From the human T2T-CHM13v2.0 reference genome, Homo sapiens, in the NCBI RefSeq assembly GCF_009914755.1, contig NC_060932.1: 64,000 nucleotides of DNA; one strand, written 5' to 3'. Both the position numbers and the translations under genes were made by a program. Below, piece by piece: positions 13,613-26,359 of the stretch (position 1 is its first letter; each line of letters opens with the position of its first letter). The notes below the pieces were generated by a model. The model was not told the origin of the DNA, searched no databases, and saw nothing but the letters and a program-made list of their open reading frames with translations.

Positions 13613-14179
13613 AAGTTGAGGTAGAAGGTGAAAAACTGTAATACAAGATCTATAGGAACACTAAAAAAAAAAAATCACACACAAAGGAATAAATTTAATG
13701 AAAGACAACAGTGTAACATTATCCAAAGGAAATCCTACATGAATGAAGGGATATACTACCATGTTCATGGATTGGAGGACCCTCCTTCCAAATTAAAATA
13801 ATATCAATTCCCCCTAGAATAAACTATGGCTTCAATCCCAATCGAAATACCCGTCAAACCATTTGTTTGACAAGCTGATTCTAAAATGCATACAGAAATG
13901 CAGGAGTCCAGAAAGCACCAAGACACCTTGGAAGAACAGGCATGCTCATGCTCATACTATCAGACACCAAGACAGAAAATAATGAACAGCAATTAATATA
14001 ACATAGTATTGGAGTAAGAATAAACAAATAGATGATGGAATAGAACAAAGAATTCATAAACACATTTGCATAGGAGAGGTTCTAACCAGGGCAACTGGGC
14101 AAAAAAAAAGAAATAAAAGGCACTCAGATTGAAAAAGTGAGAAGTAAAACTCTCTATTCACAGATGACATAATCTTGTA

Positions 14180-14614
14180 CAGTTGACCATTGAACAGCAC
14201 AAATCTGAACTGCACAGGTCCACTTACACATGGATTTTCTTACACCCATTTGCCACCCCTGAAACAGCAACATCAACATGTTCTCTTTCTCAGCTTACTC
14301 AACATGACGACAAGGAGGATGAAGACCTTTACAATGATCCACTTCCACTTAATGGACAGTAAATATATCTTCTCTTTCTTATGATTTTCTTAATAACATT
14401 TTTTCTCTAGTTTACTTTATTGTAAGAATACAGTATATAATACATGTAACATTCAAAATATGTGTTAATCAACTGTTTCTTATCAGTGAGGCTTCTAGTC
14501 AACAGGAAGTTATTAGTAGTTAAGTTTTGGGGAAGCTAAAAGTTATACACGGCTTTTTGACTGTGGGGGAGGAGGGTCGGCATCCCTAATTCCTGCATTT
14601 TCAAGGGCCAACAG
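14180..14614 (+). mobile_element. Tigger2a
   Basis: Ends cagttgaccattgaac / ttcaagggccaacag; internal 'gaggatgaagaccttta..atgatccacttccacttaatg'. Confidence 0.88.
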
Positions 14615-16215
14615 CAGACAGAAGATGCAAAGGAATCCAATAAAGACAAAGGTTTCATAAGTTCAATCTACAAAACTCAATTGTTTTTCTATAAACTTGC
14701 AATAAATAATTGAAAAAGAAGAAAACAACTTCATTTACAATAGCATCAAAAGGACAAAATATTTAGAAATAAATTTAACAAAAGACATGCAAAACTTATA
14801 TTCTGAAATCTACAAAACACTGTTGAAAGAAATTAAATACGATGTAAACAAATCAGAAAACATCCCAGGTTCATGGATCTGAATACCAAATACTCCTCAA
14901 ACTGACTTACAGCTTCAACAGAATCCCTATTAGTCCAAACTGGGTTCCTTGTAGATTTTAACAAGGTGATTCTAAAATTCATATAAAATGTTAAGGGACC
15001 CAGATAGCCAAAATCATCTTGGAAACAAAAGAGCAGACTTCCAGTTTCTGGTACAGCATGTAAAGAGCTTGGAAATCATCACTCCAATCCTCACAGCAGG
15101 AAAAAAAAAAATGCTGAACAAAACAAGTCTTCTTAGATCCATCAGGAACCATCAGAGAACTGAGGTCCCAGGACAAACCATCTCCCTGGAAGCTAGAGAG
15201 ATGGGTGACAGAGAATCAAAGCTTATTGGCAGCAGAAACTGCTGTTGGATCTATCAACTGGTAGAAACACTTAAAGGGTAACTGACTCATTGCTAAAGAT
15301 TTAACAAGAACTAGCTAGAGAAATAAAAACCCCAAGGAGTCCAGTCTTATGGAAGTTAGGTGGCCTTCACAGTGCTCACCTAAGGAGAAGTGGATAATCT
15401 GAATAGGCCTGTATCTATTAAAGAAATGAGTAATTAATAACCTTACAAAACAGAAAGCAACAGGCCCACATGTTCTCACTGGTAAATTATGTCAAACATT
15501 TAAGAAGTAAACAATACCAATTCTCTACAGTCTCTTCCAGAAAAAGAAGCAGCGGGAACACCTCTTAACTCATTCTATGAGACCAACATTACCATAATCC
15601 CAAAATCAGAAAAAAACATCACAAGAAAGGAAATTTACAGAGCACTATCTCTCATGAACATAGATGCAAAAATCCTCAACAAAAATATTGGCAAATCAAA
15701 TCTAATAACATATAAAACGAATTATAAACTATGACCAAACAGGATTGAGTCCGGGTATGCAAGGCTAGCGTAATATTTGAGAATCAATTAATGTAGCCCA
15801 TCACATCAACAGGCTAAAAAAGAAAAATCATATCAATAGAGTCAGGAAAATTATTTGACAAATTTAACATCCATTCATGATAAAAACTCTCAGCAAATTA
15901 GGAATAGAGGGAAACATTCTCAACTTTATCAGATAAAGATGATGTGCAAAAAAAAAAATCTATAGTTAGTATCATACTGAATAATGAGAAACTAGATGCT
16001 TTCCTCCCTAAGATCAGAAGCAACGCAAGGATGTACCCTCTCATCACTCTATTCACCATCATATTGGAAGTATCATTAAGTGTAATAAGACAAAAAAGGA
16101 AATAAAAGAAATAATTACAGCAAAGTCGCAGGATACAAGGTACATCTATGAGTCAGTTGTTTTCCCATACACTATCTCTGAACAACTGGAATTTCAAATT
16201 AAAAACACAGCACTA

Positions 16216-16511
16216 GGCCAAGCATGGTGGCTCATGCCTATAATCCTAGCATTTTGGAAGGCAGAGATGGGAGGACTGCTGTGAGGCCAGGAGTTCGAGA
16301 CCAACCTGTGCAACAGAGTGACATCCCATCTCCACAAAAATTTAACAAAAACAAAATAGCCGGGCATGGTGGTATGTGCCTGTAGTCCTAGCTGCTCAAG
16401 AGGCTGAGATGGGAGGATCTCTTGAGCCCAGAAGTTTGATGTTACAGTTAGCTATGATCGCACCACTTCACTCCAATCTGGGTGACAGAGCTAGATCCTG
16501 CCTCTTAAAAA
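16216..16511 (+). mobile_element. AluJ
   Basis: Diverged dimer with 'ggaggatctcttgagcccagaagtttga'. Confidence 0.9.
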
Positions 16512-16521
16512 GGCGGGGGAA

Positions 16522-16816
16522 GGCCAGGCATGGTGGCTCCCATCTGTAATCCCAGGACTTTGGGAGGCTGAGGTGGGCAGATCACGAGGTCAGGAGTTAG
16601 AGACTGGCCTGGCCAACATGGTGAAACCCCGTCTCTACTAAAAATACAAAAATGAGCTGGGCGTGGTGGTGCGCGCCTGTAATCCCAGCTACTTAGGAGG
16701 CTGAGGCTGGAGAATCTTGCACCCGGGAGGCGGAGGCTGCAGTAAGCTGAAATTGCGCTATTGCACTCCAGCCTGGACAACAGAGTGAGACTCTGTCTCA
16801 AAAAAAAAAAAAAAAA
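16522..16816 (+). mobile_element. AluS
   Basis: Full dimer with A tail. Confidence 0.94.
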
Positions 16817-16839
16817 GGGCAGGGCGGGGAGGGTGGTGG

Positions 16840-16853
16840 ACAACAACAACAAC

Positions 16854-16894
<41 letters not shown>
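16840..16894. repeat. (AAC)n-(AC)n compound microsatellite
   Basis: Seen directly. Confidence 0.95.
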
Positions 16895-16896
<2 letters not shown>

Positions 16897-17517
16897 GACC
16901 ATCAGCATTAGCACCAAAAAAAAAGAAAGAAAGAAAGAAAGAGAAATACTTAGGTATAAATGTAACAAAATATGTGCAAGATCTATAAGAGGAAAACAAA
17001 AGCCAAATGAAAGAAATCAAAGAAAATTGAAACAAATAAACAGATATTCCACGTTCACAAGTAGAAAGACTCTATACTGTCAAGATATCAACTGTTCCCA
17101 ACTTGATTTACAGATTCAATGCAATCCCAATCAAAATCCTGGCAAGTTATTTTGTAGATACTGACAAACTAATGTTTGTTTCCATATATTCTAAAGTTAT
17201 GGAAAAGCAAAAGACTCAGAATGGCCAGCACAATATTAAAGAACAACAAAGTCAGAGGACTGACACTACCAACTTCAAGATTTACTATAAAGCCACAGTA
17301 CTCAAAAGAATGTGGTATTGGTAAAAGAATAGACAAATAGATCGCTGAAACAGAACAGAGAGCCCAGAAATAGACCCACACAAATATAGTCAACTGATCT
17401 TTTAACAGAGCAAGGGCAATTCATTGGAGCAAAGATAGTCTTGTCAAAACCCACAGAGCTATACACAAAGTTGAAAAGTTCATAATGAGGAAACTACACA
17501 ATACAAAGAGTGAATCC

Positions 17518-18586
17518 TGTTGCGGGAAGTCAGGGACCCCAAACGGAGGGACCGGCTGAAGCCATGGCAGAAGAACGTGGATTGTGAAGATTTTATGGAC
17601 ATTTATTAGTTCCCCAAATTAATACTTTTGTAATTTCTCATGCCTGTCTTTACTGCAATTTCTAAACATAAATTGTAAAGATTTCATGGACACTTATCAC
17701 TTCCCCAATCAATACCCTTGTGATTTCCTATGCCTGTCTTTAATTTAATCTCTTAATCCTGTCAGTTGAGGAGGATGTATATCGTCTCAGGACCCTGTAA
17801 TAATTACGTTAACTACACAAATTGTACAGCATGTGTGTTTGAGCATTATGAAATGTGGGCACCCTGAAAAAAGAACAGGATAATAGCAATTGTTCAGGGA
17901 ATAAGAGAGATAACCTTAAACTCTGACCACTGGTGAGCAGGGCAGAACAGAGCCGTATTTCTCCTCTTTTAAAAGCAAATGGGAGAAATATCGCTGAATT
18001 CTTTTTCTCAGCATGGGATATCCCTGAGAAAGAGAATGCGCACCTAGGGGTAGGTCTCTGAACTGGCCCCCCCAGGGTGTACCTGTCTCTTATGGTTGAG
18101 ACTGCAGAGGTGAAATAAACTCCAGTCTCCCATAGCGTTCCCAGGCTTATTAGGAAGAGGAAATTCCTGCCTAATAAATTTGGTCAGACCGGTTGATCTC
18201 AAAACCCTGTCTCCTGATAAGATGTTATCAATGACAATGGTGCCTGAAACTTCATTAGCAATTTTAATTTCGCCTTAGTCCTGTGGTCCTGTGATCTTGC
18301 CCTGCCTCCACTGGCCTTGTGATATTCTATTACCCTGTTAAGAACTTGATGTCTGTCACCCACACCTATTCGCACACTCCCTCCCCTTTTGAAACTCCCT
18401 AATAAAAACTTGCTGGTTTTTGTGGCTTGTGGGGCATCACGGATCCTACCAACGTGTGATGTCTTCCCCGGATGCCCAGCTTTAAAATTTCTCTCTTTTG
18501 TACTCTGTCCCTTTATTTCTCAAGCCAGCTGACACTTAGGAAAATAGAAAAGAACCTACGTGATTTTCGGGGCAGGTTCCCCAAAA
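17518..18586 (+). mobile_element. MER11 (ERVK-class) solo LTR, MER11C-sized
   Basis: Starts tgttgcgggaagtcagggacccc, 1069 bp, perfect 6-bp TSD gaatcc. Confidence 0.92.
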
Positions 18587-21011
18587 GAATCCTAATGCAA
18601 ACTATGTATGAATTTTAGTTAATAATAACATATCAATATTAGTTCATCAATTGTAACAAATGTACCACACTAATGCTAAAAACAGGATGTTAGAAACAGG
18701 AAACTGTGTGTTGGTGGAGGTAGAGGTAGCATATGAAAGCACTCTACTTTTTGCTCAATTTTTCTGTGAATCTAAAATTGTTCTAAAAATTAAAGTCTAT
18801 TTTAAAAGTTGTAGTAAAGTATATATTAGTAATTCTCACACTGTGTGTGACAGCAAACTCTAGTAACAATTTAAAATATCTACCAATTAGAGACTCATTA
18901 AATAAAGATACACTCTTTTTTTTTATAAAAAGAAAAAAGGTATAAGAGTCATACTTCCTGTTTTCCAAACTGACTATAAAGCAACAGCAATCAAAACAGT
19001 GTGGTACTACTATCACAGTAATCTTACTGACCAACAGAGAGTTCAGAAATAAACCCATGTCTATAGTCAATTGATTTTCCACAAGGATGCCAAGATAATT
19101 CAATAGGTAAAGAACAATCTTTTCAACAAATAGTACTTAGGACAACAGGATAGCCACATGCAAAAGAAAGAAGTTGGAACCTTACTTCATACCATATACA
19201 AAAATTAACTCAAAATGGATCAAGAACCCAAATGTAAGAACTAAATCTATAAAAATATTGTGAAAACATGGGAGTAAATCAGTTTTGGCAACAGACCAAA
19301 AGCATGAGAAACTAAGGAAACAACAAATTAGACTTGATCGAAATTTTAAAACTTTTGTGCTTCAAAGGACACTATCAACAAAGTGATAAGATAACCCACA
19401 AAATGAGACAAAATATTTGCAAATCACATATATGATCTTGGACCTGTATCCAGAATATATGAAGAACCCCTACAACTAAGTAATAAGAAGACAATCCAAC
19501 TAAAAAATGAGCCAAGCATCTGAACAGACATTTCTCCAAAGTAGATATACAAATGGCCAATAAGCACATGAAAAGATGCTTGACATTATCAGCCATCAGG
19601 AAATACAAATAGACACCACAATGAGATATCACTGCACACTCACTCAGTGTGAGTGGCTAGAATCAAAAAGGTCATAATAAACGTTGGCAAAGATGTGGAG
19701 ATATCAGAACCCTCATTCACTGTTGGTGGGAACAGAAAATTGTGTAGCCACTTTGGAAAACAGTCTGGCAGTTCCTCAAATGGTTAATCACAGAGTTAAC
19801 ATATGACTCAGCAATTTCACACCCAAGTATCTAACAGCAAGACAAATGAAAACATACACCCACACAACAACTCATACCACAAGTATTATTGGCAATATTT
19901 ATAATAACCAAAAGGTAGAAACAACCCAAAAGTCCATGAACTGATGAGTGAATAAATAAAATGTGGTCTTATCCACAACGGAAAATCATTCAACCATAAA
20001 AAGGAATGAAGTAGTGATAAATTCCACAACATGGATGAGCCCTGAACACATTACAGTACATGAAAGAAGCCAGTCACAAAAAAAAATCTATTATATGATT
20101 CCATTTACATGAAATTTCTGTAACAGGCAAATCGAGATATTGGTGGTTACTTAGGGCTAGGTAGATGGGTGGATAGAGAGGTGACGGCCAAAGGATATGG
20201 GGTTTCTTTTTGAAGCAATGAAAATGTTCTAAACTGATTTTGTCAATGGGTACAAATATCTGAATATACTAAAAACCACTGAATTCTACGGTTTAAACAG
20301 ATGAATTGTATGCTATACAAATTATACCTCACTAAAAAAAGAAAGAAACCTACACATATTAGTCATCTTATTATGACAAAGGTAAACCTGGAGGGCACTG
20401 GTGGAAGTGTTTTCAATAAATGGGGCTGGTTCAATTAGATATCTATGGAAAGAAAAAAATAAATCCTGTTTCCTACTTTATCCCTTACCCAAAAATCAAT
20501 TCCAGATGGACTGGGTATCTAAATATAAGAAGTTAAACAATAAAGCTTCTAGGAGATATCACATAAAGACATCTTCATGACCTTGAGTAGGCAAAAACTT
20601 CTTAACCAGGACACAGAAAAGCACTAGCCATACAGGGAAAGACTGATGAATTGACCTACATCGAAATTTAGAGCATCTCTTCATCAAGACACCATTAAAA
20701 AGTAAAATGGCATGCAACAGAGTGGGGACAAAATGGCTGTGATGAAAATATATATATGAGACAACAACTTCATGTTCAGAATACATATAGAACTCCTGTA
20801 GAAGGAAAGAAAATAGACTTGAACAGGCACTTCTCCAAGAAGAGATGTCCAGATGGTCAAAAGGATATGAAAAGGCATTCAACCACATTAGTCAGCAAGA
20901 AAATACAAATTAAAACCATAGAATATCTAAAATTTAGAGTGACAAAAACGAGTGTTGGTGAGGATTTGGGATAACAGATATTAAGAGTGTAAAGTAGAAC
21001 AAAAAACTTAC

Positions 21012-21137
21012 TTCAAGAGTTCATAATTCTTCTCATTTAACCTCACAGCATTCTCTCTCCAAAATTTCTCAGATTTGTGCACAGGACTCCATTCCAACCT
21101 TCCAGATTTAAGTTCTGAACTGTATTCATCAAATGAA
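21012..21137 (-). CDS. ATP6V1H: ATP6V1H exon ([41 protein letters not shown]; probably exon 11)
   Basis: tttttatAG|t tca ttt gat ... ctc ttg aa|GTaagt; 126 nt, phase 2-2. Contains the conserved LEWSPVH..FWREN motif of the subunit H C-terminal domain. Confidence 0.97.
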
Positions 21138-22429
21138 CTATAAAAATGTTCAAAAGAATTCAAGGTTTATAAGAATCTGACAGTACTCCAAAATTAAGCA
21201 AAATAAAATGTCTTCACTTATTATTTAATTACAAAGACTGACCATCCTTTGTACATTAAAAAACTACCACCAAACGAACTTTAAACAGTTTAAATAATCT
21301 TTAATAAATCATGTGAAATTTTATTCAGTGTAGTAAGGTCCAACCCTCCTGTCAAATTTGAATGCTGGGTATGAGACATAAAAATCAGCACTTGCTTTCA
21401 AAATCCTTACTCCAATATATACATGAATGTGTATAAGCAAAAAAATTGATAATCAGAATTTCTACCATGACACTTGAAATACTGTATTTCCCAGACCAAC
21501 AGGCAAAATAATATGTTATGTAAAAGCATAGTACTTTAACATAATAAACTCATATTATACTATAAATATCATAAACTGTAATAATACATCACAAAAACAA
21601 AATCACACTTATTGGCACAATATTTTACAATGTGATTACAAAGAGTGTAGACATAATTAATTGAATTAATCCATTACAGACTAAATACAAAAGCCTCTGT
21701 ACATATAACAAACTGCAATTCACCTTAATTTAAAAACCATTCACTGGATAGTAACTTGATTATTCCAAGCTTTACAGTAGGAAAATGTTTAATGTGGTTA
21801 GCCAGTAGACAAACACAGTCAGAACATACTTGGACTTTCTCTGAAGTAAAAATTTATAAAAGATGTAACCATTCAAATACTACTAGTAATTCGGTATAAC
21901 CAGGATGTACTAGATAAGTTGATCAGAGGGTACCATTTGAATAAAGTAGTACAATACTTTAATGTAGGGCCAGTTAGTATAAGAAGTAAACAAGTATTTT
22001 TAATATTCATATCCTAATCCTGTAACAGCAAAAACAGAGAAAAGCCTCTTTTAGCTGCACCCATCACCCTATTAGCTTTATGTAAATAGTATTTTTCAAA
22101 TTACCAAATTCAAGATAATCAATAATAATTAGCTAAAATTGATTAAATCATTTAGAAAGCTATCACTAATCTTATTTTTTGCAAAAACAGGCCTTAAATG
22201 ATTATTACGGAGAACCAGTCATCAGTTTTTAATAAACATAGGAACAGAATGTATAGCTGTGAAGCCTATTCCTGGCCTGCCTATTATAATCAATGTATCC
22301 ATATTTGAAATATTTGAAAATCTAGAATAATAAAAATCATTTTTCTTCCTCCACAAAATCCATTACAAACCACTGATACAGATAACACCTCCCATCTCTG
22401 GGAAATCTTTGGGCCTTGGGATTACGGCT

Positions 22430-22650
22430 GTACTGAATCATCTGGTAAATACATTTCTGGAGCACATACTATGCTGAAGGCATTTGCAGGGCAGACGGAA
22501 CCTCACAACAAATCCTGCAAGGTTAGCATTTTTATTACTGTTTTACCAAAAGGAAAACAGACTTGAAAAAGTCAAGACACTTGTGCAAGGCCACACAGGG
22601 AAAAAGTAGCCAAACAATTCCAAGAATCAGCCTGGCTCCAAACCCCAATC
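22430..22650 (-). mobile_element. MIR
   Basis: 'cctcacaacaaatcctgcaaggttagc...gaaaacagacttg...acttgtgcaaggccacacag'. Confidence 0.7.
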
Positions 22651-23382
22651 CACCCAAGAGAAGTTTCTATTTCCAGAGAGTAACTCTTTTAAAAACATGC
22701 CAGTGGTAATTTAAAAACAAAGAATATGAGTGTTAATGGAAAAGATCATCAAGATATTATGTACGAAACAGAAAAAGAACAAGATCCAAAAGAATATGCA
22801 GAGCCCAATTTGTGGGTTGTAGGGGGCAGGCAGAGAGGGGTTAGAAGGCTTTTTGGAAGCAAACACAAGAGACCCGAGGGAGAGTGAGGCGAGGCAGTGA
22901 AGATGGTGGGAGTGGCATGGAGTCCCTTCCATAGTGGCTAATTCTTTACTGTACATACATTATTTACATTATTTTTAATATTAAAACATGAGCCAAAAGG
23001 CCTTCAAAAAGCAGGAAAACAAATACTTTCTCCATATACAGGCAAACCTCCTCCACTAATTAACAAACTACCTTTGTTGCTTAAAAAGACTCTAAGAGAA
23101 GACTCGAGGAGCTCCAGGGTGGAGTCATCCTGAGGGAGTAAAGCCGGTCAGAGTTTAGACGGCAGAAAACAGTGGGAATCTCCGTAAATAAGAAGAGATA
23201 ACACACAGTTCTGACCAATTGTTGCCATGTCAGAATGATGTCTTCTCAGGAGACATTAACGTATTTTAGTGGACTCTCTTGATTTGTATAGGTGACAACA
23301 AATTCAGGTTTTCTTAAAATGCTATGCAAGTCAAACAAAGCCCAACAGATCCAGCACATGAGAATTAAAAAGAATAACACAC

Positions 23383-23561
23383 CTAAGGTCCTGGACACTC
23401 TCTCCAAGTTTTTCCAAAAGAAATTTGATATCTTCGCTGATATCTTCATCATCGTACTTCTGCTGTTCCAAGTTCTCCAACTGTTTCAGAACTTTGCACT
23501 GAATCATAGCCAGGGCATATTCTTGGCGAGTTTCTCTTTCAGTTGATTTTTCTAAAAAGTT
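23383..23561 (-). CDS. ATP6V1H: ATP6V1H exon (NFLEKSTERETRQEYALAMIQ...GESVQDL; probably exon 10)
   Basis: Inside track ORF 23331..23630. ctaacccAG|aac ttt tta ... gac ctt ag|GTgtgt; 179 nt, phase 0-2. Confidence 0.97.
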
Positions 23562-26359
23562 CTGGGTTAGACAAAGTGATAGTGAGAAACTATACAATTT
23601 GTCATGTGATGGATTCAGAGACCTCTGCACATTCTTTTATAGTCTCTCTCCTCCTCCTATTCTCAAGTTTAACTATCACCTTTAAGTGGATGACTCTATC
23701 TCAAATCCTTACTTCGCTCCTGAGTGTCTGTCCCATATCAGAAGCCTACTTCTGATCATTTTTGTATTTCCTGGATTACTAAACATCTTTAATTTTTGAC
23801 CCAGATGAGCCCTACAACACTGAACACGTTTACAATGAAATCCACCACAGTCCTTTTTCATGGACTTGCTCTGGCTGTGAGCTCTCATTTGTTGCCCACC
23901 TAGAGCACATACAATACTAAGAGAGAGTGTTTCTTCAAGTTTGCAATCAAGCCAAGTTCTCCAGTTCCCAGTCTGTCACCATTTTCCCCCATCTCTAATC
24001 AACCTGTAAGCACAAGGGACAACAATTTTTAAAACTCCCTTGTTTGAACAATTATCAGAAAAGTTTTGCGACATTCGGGCAAATTCCCGAGTTCTCTTCT
24101 AGGATTTTCTATTTTTAAGAGTACTTAAGAAAATGGCAAAATAATCCACAAATTTATAACAATAAGCTGTCATGGAATTAAGCAATGTTTCTGAGTAAGG
24201 ACCAGGCTAAACTCTTGGAACAAGAAGCAACAAGACAGACCTCTGTTTTAAAAAAAAGCTACTTTCACCAAGCTAGTTTAAAAAGCCTATCAAATGCAAA
24301 AAAAAAAAAAAAAAAACAAAACAGTAACAATTAACTCCAATTGTAAAAAAACTTGAATTTTTTTTTCTTTTTACAAGTAAGTTCTATCCCTAATAATAAG
24401 GCTGAACAAATGCAAAAAGTGATTTAGCTTAGTATGTGGAAGTCAGTGAAATCAATGCCCACCAATCTTCCCTTTATGTTTCTACCAGATTTTAAGTACC
24501 CTGAGAGTAGTTTGCCTTATTTTTCTTTCTATCACAAGTGCTTGGCTCAGAGTTGATATTCAATAATAAAATATTTGTGAACCTAATATTCCTACTCAGT
24601 GCTTACATCTATAGATATCAGAAATTACTTGCAATCCTCCTTATTATGAATAGATAATGAATAGAGTAGCAGCAACAGTATAAATTAATTTGCTTTTAAA
24701 ATTACTTCAAAACTAAAACATGAATGTCCACTCAGGTACGATGGATTTAAGAACCTACTGAACCAACCTCTCTCTGGCAGAAAACAACTATAAAACCTGA
24801 ACAGACTGAAAAGGCAACTACTTAAAAAAACAGTAAATAGAAGCAGACAGAATCTGGTATGAAGTTCATACTCACATACAGTAGGGAAGTCAAGGAACAA
24901 TACAAATACGTTCCTGTCACTGCAATTTTTATCCTGAAGCTAAGGCACAGTGGCAAAGAAGCCACAGAAAAGCCAAAAATAGTCTTTCTGGCCTGGGGAA
25001 CCAGAAAAGTGAAGCTGGAAAACCATGAACACTGAGGGCTAAGGCTGGGGGGAGCCCCAGAAAACAAAGAGCAAGAAAGGAGACCCAAATCCTATCTGAA
25101 TACAGCTCCAGAATGAACCAGATACTAGAACACACAGACTTCAAAGCAATTATTATAAAAATCCTCAATGAAATAAAATGCTTTCAATACATGAAAAATT
25201 TCAAACAAAAAACTTATAAATTATTTAAAAAGAAACAGAAATCCTAGAAGTAAAACTACAATTTCTGAAATAAAAAAATATCAGCTGATGGACTTAAGAA
25301 CCAAGTGGAGATAAAACAGAAAAAGAGTAAGTGAACTTGAAAATAGGTTAAAGTTATCCAAGGAGAAGAATAAAAAGATAAAAGATTTTTTTAACAAATG
25401 AATAGAGGCTCAGTAATCTGTTATGTATTATCAAATGGCCCAACATATGTGCAATTGGAATACCAAAAGGAGAGGAGGAAGAGAATGGGGCTGATATTTT
25501 ATTTGAAGAAATAATGGCTGCAAGTTTCCCAAATTCAATCTCAGAGAAATTTTCAGACACAAGATGTCCAGTGAACACCAAGCCCATGCAAAGGCATAGC
25601 ATTGTCAAGCTGACAAAAAGTTTAAAGAATATTTTTGTTGCCTATAGAATTCTGAGTTTATAATTCACAGACAAACACACAAAACTAAAACATAAGAACC
25701 AAAGTGACCCTGGTAAACTTCGAGACTATTAAAGTTAGCAAAGCTTCCATCTACTTAAAGTAGAAAGTATTCATTTCAGAGAGAGAGGACAGTTCAGTTT
25801 GAACTGTTATCTTAAGTCAGAAAAACAAAACTACGATTCTGTGATATTTTCATCAGGTTACTTCTGAATTTCTATCATGTTACTATTTTATCCTTTCATG
25901 TAAAACATTGTGAACAAAGTGTATATTTACTGGTTCAATTTTAAAATATATTCCAGAGACTCCACTTCCAGGAATGATAAAGTGGCTTCTATCAGATCAA
26001 CCCTTCCACAGAAACCAACTATAAAATCTGGATGAAATATAAAAGATTACCTGAACGAACAAAAGGTAGCAGAAACTAGAATGGAGTCTAGATATGAAAA
26101 AAAAAAGGAATGGCACTAGAAAAATTTCTACTTTTACATATGGCTCTCCTCCTGAAGATACGCCCCACTCAGAAAAATTCAGGTAAAACTCAGCCGGAAA
26201 CCACAGCCTCAATGACCTAAGGAGACAGAGGACAATTCAGAGTGACTACAGCGGCTAGAAAGTGAGAGGAGAAATCAGAGAGAAACATAAAGAAGACCCA
26301 AATTCTGCATATGAACTCTGCCCAAATCTCTAGCTGACCAATGACCTATGCAACGCAAG

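Larger units (their letters stand above)
13660..21000 (+). mobile_element. nested cluster of old L1M (L1MB/MC/ME) ORF2 and 3' fragments, interrupted by Tigger2a, Alus and MER11
   Basis: ORF2-like peptide in track ORF 17103..17324 (IYRFNAIPIKI..FKIYYKATV..WYW) and multiple L1M 3'-UTR signatures. Confidence 0.85.

Noticed and set aside
16505-17035. 176-aa ORF
   Set aside because: A chimera of antisense L1, microsatellite and Alu sequence. The same applies to the many Alu-derived ORFs in the track.
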